Shown one piece after another: positions 26,972-32,000 of a DNA stretch of 32,000 nucleotides (position 1 is the first letter of the stretch; each line of letters starts with the position of its first letter). The translations under genes were made by a program, and so were the position numbers. The notes under the pieces are model-generated. The model saw only the letters and a list, made by a program, of their open reading frames with translations. It was not told where the DNA came from and made no database searches. This stretch comes from Phycisphaera mikurensis NBRC 102666 (GTDB lineage Bacteria; Planctomycetota; Phycisphaerae; Phycisphaerales; Phycisphaeraceae), in contig NC_017080.1 of NCBI RefSeq assembly GCF_000284115.1, forward strand, positions 3,420,001 through 3,452,000, written 5' to 3'.

Positions 26972-29212
26972 ATGAGCCATCTGCCGCCCGCCGACTCCCC
27001 CGCGCCGGCCCCGCGTGACGCACCCGCCCGCGACGCCGGGCCCGGTCCTGCGCCGCTGGAGCCGCTCGAGAAGCGGGAGCTGCTGTCCGGCGGGCCGCAG
27101 ATCCTCACGATCGGCGACTCGATCACCTGGGGCTCGCCCGACCCGAGCCAGAGCTACCGCCGCGAGCTGGACCGCGGCCTGGAGCGGCGGGGCGTCGATG
27201 CCGAGTTCGTGGGCAGCCGCTCCGACGGCCGCGGCTTCGACAGCGACCACTACAGCCAGCCGGGGATCACCGCCGCAACCAGCTACCGCGGCAGCGGCGG
27301 CGAGTGGCGCGGTTCGCTGAACGACGGCTTCCGCAGCGGGCAGGTGCTCAAGCGCGGCGAGAAGCCCGACCTGGTCCTGCTGCACATCGGGACCAACTCG
27401 GTCAAGACCGGCTCCCGCGACGCGGACAACGCCGCGAACGAGCTGCGGACCCTGCTCAACACGATGGCCGACCGCTGGCGGCGCGGCGAGCTCGCCCCCG
27501 ACGTCAAGGTGCTCGTCGCCGACATCATCCCCGGGGGCCGCGGCAGCGGCGGCGGCGGCGGCCATCACCCGCTGGACACCCGCCGCCTCGAGAACATCCG
27601 GGCGTACAACGGCAAGATCGGGCAGGTGATCGGCCGCCTCTCCGACCGCGGCTTCGCCAGCCGGATCCAGCGGGTGGACATGAGCCGGATCGACGCCTCG
27701 AGGCTCGATCGCTCCGCGTTCTCCTCCTCGGAGCTGCGCTCGATCGACAACGACGGCGACCGCTGGGTCGACTGGTTCAACGGCGTGGACGAGGGCGGTT
27801 CGCAGCGGGGTGCCCGCGGCCACAACCCCGCGGTGATGAGCCGCGACCTGCTCCACCCGACCTCGCTGGGCTACCGGGTCCTGGGCCAGGCGTGGCTGGG
27901 TGCGGTGGTCTCCAGCGGGAAGCTCGGCAACGCCGGCGCGTCGCGACCCCTCACGCCGACGGCCCCTGCGCCGCGTCCTTCCGCTCCGAAGCCCGCGGCC
28001 CCCCGGCCCGTCGCGCCGACGCCCAAGCCGGTGGCGGGCAAGCCGAGCCTCTCGGGGGCGGGCACCGCCACCGCGGGTTCGACGTACCGGCTCGCGCTCG
28101 ACGACGGCGGGCTGAACGTCCGCAAGTGGTACGTCGACTTCGGCGACGGCTCCGGCGGCCGCTGGCTGGGACCGACCGACAGCGTCAGCCACACCTACCA
28201 GCGGGCCGGGAGCAACCCAACGATCCGGGCCTTCGCGGAGGTCAACGGCAAGCGGATCGGGGCGAGCGGCCTGCGCGTCGGCGTCGTCGGCGGGGGGAGC
28301 CACGCCGCGCCGAAGCCCGCGCCGAAGCCGGGGGCGCCCGCGTCGCCGCGCCCGGCCCCCGCGCCCTCGGGCGGCGTGGCGATCGCCGCCGCTTCCTCGG
28401 CGACGGTGGGCCGGTCGTTCGAGGTCGTCTTCTCGACCAATGGCGTGCGGGCGGACAGCTGGTACATCAGCTGGGGAGACGGCAGCAAGGGCCGGTGGAT
28501 CAAGGGCGCCGACCGCGTCAGCCACACCTTCACGTCCACCTCCGGGAACCGCACGATCCGCGCCTTCGCCCAAGTCGGCTCGAAACGGATCGGGGCGAGC
28601 CCGCTGCGGGTCCCCGTCCGCGCGGCGGGCCAGGGCGCCGCCCCCACGCCCTCGAAGCCGTCGACGCCCCCGATCCGTTCCACGGGCGACGGCCGCATCG
28701 ACCGCGCCTACTGGACCGGCATCGGTGGCACCCGCGTCTCGGACCTCACCCGGTCCTCCAAGTTCTCCGGCCGCCCCACCGGCACCGACACGCTGACCAG
28801 CCTCCGGGCCGGCAACTGGAACAACCCCCGCGACACCCAGAACTTCGGGAGCCACTACGGCCAGAAGCTTTCGGGCTTCATCGTCGCCCCCCGCAGCGGC
28901 CAGTACAGCTTCTGGATCAGCGGCGACGACAACGCCTCCTTCCGCCTGAGCACCGACGCCAGCACCTCCCGCCTGCGGGAGGTCGCCCGGGTCGACGGCT
29001 GGACACGCGAGCTGCAGTGGGACAAGTACCGGGGCCAGAGGTCCGCCTCCATCTGGCTCTCCGCCGGCAGCAGCTACGCCTTCGAGGTGCTGCACAAGGA
29101 GGGCTCCGGCGGGGACCACGTCGCCGTGGGCTGGCGGACCCCCGACCACGGGGGCGGGCGGAGCCCGGCGGAGGTGATCGGCTCGGACCACCTGTCGCGC
29201 TACGCGGTCTGA
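26972..29212 (+). CDS. Secreted multidomain SGNH/GDSL hydrolase with LEPR-XLL-type N-terminus, two PKD-like domains and a C-terminal PA14 domain
   Basis: N-term APLEPLEKRELLSG; ILTIGDSITWG (block I), LVLLHIGTNS; two repeats (KWYVDFGDGSGGRWLGPTDSVSHTY / SWYISWGDGSKGRWIKGADRVSHTF) joined by Pro/Ala linkers; C-term SGFIVAPRSGQYSFWISGDDNASFRLS (PA14). Confidence 0.88.
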   Translation: MSHLPPADSPAPAPRDAPARDAGPGPAPLEPLEKRELLSGGPQILTIGDSITWGSPDPSQSYRRELDRGLERRGVDAEFVGSRSDGRGFDSDHYSQPGITAATSYRGSGGEWRGSLNDGFRSGQVLKRGEKPDLVLLHIGTNSVKTGSRDADNAANELRTLLNTMADRWRRGELAPDVKVLVADIIPGGRGSGGGGGHHPLDTRRLENIRAYNGKIGQVIGRLSDRGFASRIQRVDMSRIDASRLDRSAFSSSELRSIDNDGDRWVDWFNGVDEGGSQRGARGHNPAVMSRDLLHPTSLGYRVLGQAWLGAVVSSGKLGNAGASRPLTPTAPAPRPSAPKPAAPRPVAPTPKPVAGKPSLSGAGTATAGSTYRLALDDGGLNVRKWYVDFGDGSGGRWLGPTDSVSHTYQRAGSNPTIRAFAEVNGKRIGASGLRVGVVGGGSHAAPKPAPKPGAPASPRPAPAPSGGVAIAAASSATVGRSFEVVFSTNGVRADSWYISWGDGSKGRWIKGADRVSHTFTSTSGNRTIRAFAQVGSKRIGASPLRVPVRAAGQGAAPTPSKPSTPPIRSTGDGRIDRAYWTGIGGTRVSDLTRSSKFSGRPTGTDTLTSLRAGNWNNPRDTQNFGSHYGQKLSGFIVAPRSGQYSFWISGDDNASFRLSTDASTSRLREVARVDGWTRELQWDKYRGQRSASIWLSAGSSYAFEVLHKEGSGGDHVAVGWRTPDHGGGRSPAEVIGSDHLSRYAV

Positions 29213-29272
29213 AGCATCGACGCGGCCCCGCGGCCGCTGCGGTCCCGGTCGATTTCCCGGCGGCACGGACCC

Positions 29273-29300
29273 GGCGTCGGGCGTCGGGCGTCGGGCGTCG
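29273..29300. repeat. 7-bp tandem repeat (GGCGTCG)x4, intergenic
   Basis: Exact GGCGTCG units at 29273, 29280, 29287 and 29294. Confidence 0.95.
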
Positions 29301-29429
29301 CGATCCTGACGGGTTCCACCGGCCGCGCCCGCGTCGGAGGGGAGCTGGCTCGGCAAGCCGGCGTCTCCACCGGATCCAGGCCCGGATCGCACGCGACAGG
29401 CGCGGGCGAGCGGCCGCAGACGAGCAACC

Positions 29430-30881
29430 TCACCTGCCCGGTGGCTCCGCAGCTCCGCGGAGAAGCGGGGCGATCACCCGCTCCAGCACCGCCTCCGAAG
29501 CCTCGTCGAGCACGTACTCGGCACGCTCCGCGTCGTCGGGCACCCGGATCACCCAGTTGCCCCAGCGGCGGACCAGCAGCGTCGCGGACCGCCCGCTCAC
29601 GCCGTGCGCGAGCGTGACCGCACCGGCGTAGCCACGCGGGAGGTCGTCGGCGTCCCCCGGCGACGCGATGGCGGCTTCGGAGGTGCCGTCGTGGTACAGC
29701 CGCTCGGGCGGCCGCAGGCGGCGTTCGCCGCGCAGCGAGAGCAGGGCCTCGAGCACGGCGGTGGGTTGGGTGTCGGCGGCGGCACCGCCCACCGCCACGA
29801 AGCGGCCCTCCGCGTCCCGCTCGAAGAGCACCGGGGACGGCCCGCCCGCCGGGGGCTCCAGCCGCAGCGAGGTCACCTCGGCCGCTTCCGCGGTGAACAC
29901 GCGGTCGTCGGCGATGGTCGCCCGCCCGCCCGCGAGGGCGGAGACCGTCGGCGGCAGCCGGAGGATCGGCGACCGAAGCGTGGCGCTCCCCTCCCGCCGC
30001 TCCAGCCGCGCGAACACGCTGTCGTCGCCCACGCCCGCGGTGCGGCCCAGCAGCAGCGTGGTCCGCCGCCCCCCCTCCTCGATGAGGTCCCACGCCGCCG
30101 CGGGCTGGCTGAGCCCGAAGACCGCCGGCCGGGCCGTGGCCGCGCCGCCTTCGAGCAGCTCGCGGGCGTAGAGCCCGTCGGTGAGCTCGCGCATGGTCTC
30201 GATCACGCCCGGCCGCACGGGCGCTCCGTCGTCCGCCAGCCGCCACCGGTCCCGGTCTCGCAGCAGCGTCACGGAGGCCCGCTCCCCCTCGCCGCGGAGG
30301 GCCATCTCCACGACGGCCCCCAGCGGCGGCAGCGGCACGCGGGGGTCGAACCAGCCCGCGTCGCGGCGGGCGTAGACGAAGGTGTGGAGCCCGTCCGGCA
30401 GCGTGATCAGGCGGCCCCGGAGCCGCGCGTCCTCCGACTCTTCGACCTGCGCGAAGCTCCGCCCGCCCGGCATGCTCTCGCCGAGGGCGACGCGGGTGAC
30501 GCCGGAGTCGTCCACCACCTCCACCACCGCGCGGGGGGGGTCCAGCGAGGCCTCCCGCGGCGTTGGCCCCTCACCCGGTGCATAGATCTGCTGCGTCACT
30601 GCGCCGGCCAGCGTTCGCGTGATCTCCCGCCCGGCGGCCTCGGACAGCGGGAACCACACCGGGCTGACCTGGCTCCAGTAGCCGCCTTCGCGTCGGAAGA
30701 CCGTCGCTTCGGCCCCCCGCTCGACGCGGACCGCCAGCGGCGAGGAGCCAAAGAGGGGCTGCCCGGCCGGCGCTCCCGCCCCGGGCACGCTCCCGCCCCC
30801 GCGGCTGGCGAGCCAGAGCACGCCGAACGTGGCGAGGGTGACGAGCAGCAGCGCAGGGGTTCGCAGGTTCATGGCGGCCAC
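29430..30881 (-). CDS. DUF4340 domain-containing protein
   Basis: N-terminal TM (LLLVTLATFGVLWLAS), then ATVFRREGGYWSQVSPVWFPLSEAAGREITRTLAGA...VVEVVDDSGVTRVALGE; repeated FxRxGxxW-type modules typical of DUF4340. Confidence 0.7.
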   Translation of the reverse strand: MAAMNLRTPALLLVTLATFGVLWLASRGGGSVPGAGAPAGQPLFGSSPLAVRVERGAEATVFRREGGYWSQVSPVWFPLSEAAGREITRTLAGAVTQQIYAPGEGPTPREASLDPPRAVVEVVDDSGVTRVALGESMPGGRSFAQVEESEDARLRGRLITLPDGLHTFVYARRDAGWFDPRVPLPPLGAVVEMALRGEGERASVTLLRDRDRWRLADDGAPVRPGVIETMRELTDGLYARELLEGGAATARPAVFGLSQPAAAWDLIEEGGRRTTLLLGRTAGVGDDSVFARLERREGSATLRSPILRLPPTVSALAGGRATIADDRVFTAEAAEVTSLRLEPPAGGPSPVLFERDAEGRFVAVGGAAADTQPTAVLEALLSLRGERRLRPPERLYHDGTSEAAIASPGDADDLPRGYAGAVTLAHGVSGRSATLLVRRWGNWVIRVPDDAERAEYVLDEASEAVLERVIAPLLRGAAEPPGR

Positions 30882-30966
30882 GCAGACCCCGGAGGGGATC
30901 CACCCGGGTGCTATCGGTCCGATCCGCCCGCGGCCTGCCGCCGCGGCGGGAGAGGCGCGGCGCGGA

Positions 30967-31836
30967 TCACCGGCCGTCGGTCAGCACGTCGCAGCCGGTC
31001 TCGGTGACCGCGATCGTGTGTTCGTAGTGCGCCGCCGGGAGCCCGTCTGCGGTCACGACGGTCCAGCCGTCCGCCAGGGTCTGCACGTCGGCCGTTCCCT
31101 GGTTGCACATCGGCTCCACCGCCAGCACCATGCCCGGACGCAGGTCGATGTCGTGGCGGAGCAGGTCGCGGTTCACGAAGTTGGGCACCTTGGGTTCCTG
31201 GTGCATCGTGTCGCCGATCCCGTGACCCACGAAGTCGCGGACGACGCCGTAGCCGCGGGCCTCCGCGTAGCCCTGCATCAACCGGGCGACCTGGCTCCAC
31301 CGGCGGCCGGGCTTGATGTTCTCCACGGCGATGCGCAGCACGTGCTCGGTCTCCTCGCAGAGCCGCCTCGTCGCCGGCGCAACGTCGCCGACGAGGATCG
31401 TTGTCGCCGCGTCACCGCACCACCCGTCGAGGCGGACGCCGCAGTCCACCCCCACGATGTCGCCGTCGCGGATCGGCTCGTCGTTCGCGATCCCGTGCAC
31501 CACCACCTCGTTCACCGAGATGCACAGGTTCGAAGGGAAGCCCTCCCCGGGCACGTAGGTCGGGTAGTGCTTGAAGAGGCCCTCTGCGCCCCGCTCCGCG
31601 ATGAGAGCGCCCGCCGCCTCATCGATCATGCGGGTGGTGTTTCCGGGCTTGGCCATCTCCCGGCACAGGTCGTGGACCTCCACCACCAGCCGCCCCGCCA
31701 CCCGCATCTTCTCGATCTGCTCTCGCGTCTTCAGCTGGATCCCCGCGTTCCCCCCGCGCGTGGACCCGCTGGCCTTGGGCTTCTTCGCCTTCGGCCGCTT
31801 CGCCAGCAACCCTCGTCGCCCACGCTTAGCGGCCAC
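30967..31836 (-). CDS. map: Methionine aminopeptidase, type I, with Lys/Arg-rich N-terminal extension
   Basis: LKTREQIEKMRVAGRLV, NEVVVHGIANDEPIRDGDIVGVDCGVRLDGWCGDAATT, GHGIGDTMHQEPKVPNF, LRPGMVLAVEPMCNQG. Confidence 0.93.
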   Translation of the reverse strand: MAAKRGRRGLLAKRPKAKKPKASGSTRGGNAGIQLKTREQIEKMRVAGRLVVEVHDLCREMAKPGNTTRMIDEAAGALIAERGAEGLFKHYPTYVPGEGFPSNLCISVNEVVVHGIANDEPIRDGDIVGVDCGVRLDGWCGDAATTILVGDVAPATRRLCEETEHVLRIAVENIKPGRRWSQVARLMQGYAEARGYGVVRDFVGHGIGDTMHQEPKVPNFVNRDLLRHDIDLRPGMVLAVEPMCNQGTADVQTLADGWTVVTADGLPAAHYEHTIAVTETGCDVLTDGR

Positions 31837-32000
31837 GGGAACCTCCGGAGCTCAGCGGGATGGGGAGCCGCGAACAAGCCGTGGATGCACGCGGATGAAG
31901 AGGGACACGAAACCCGTGGCGATGCCACAAGGCGTACGCGGGCGCAGCGGCAGCGGGCCTGGAAGAACCAGCACGTCGCAGAAGCAAAGCGGAAGCCACC

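Overview
This is a high-GC window of bacterial chromosome. It looks Planctomycetota/Phycisphaerae-like: it encodes a PEP-CTERM protein and a protein with an LEPR-XLL-type N-terminus. Most genes lie on the minus strand. Conventional content: a ComEA-like helix-hairpin-helix protein cut by the left edge, a membrane protein, an SDR oxidoreductase, a zinc-type quinone oxidoreductase divergent from an ArsR regulator, a lipoprotein-like beta-propeller/sialidase-like protein, a BatA/DUF58 pair, a GH94/GH36-like carbohydrate-active enzyme, a coiled-coil protein, prfB, an MBL-fold hydrolase, a secreted SGNH hydrolase with PKD-like and PA14 domains, a DUF4340 protein and map. An intact-looking IS630-family element (18716-19965) has TIRs, a TA/CTAG target and an A6 slippery site. 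The strongest candidate for an under-described system is a three-gene membrane module at 6547-15379 (minus): NfeD/YqiJ-like OB-fold membrane protein, YqiK-like flotillin, and a giant (1800 aa) DUF3686-type AAA+ ATPase. It has been invaded by two inverted-repeat elements, one carrying a GxxExxY-family gene. A related repeat sits in frame inside the ATPase gene. A degenerate copy of the ATPase C-terminal tail lies about 2.5 kb downstream of it. Many long ORFs in the supplied track are antisense shadows caused by high GC.
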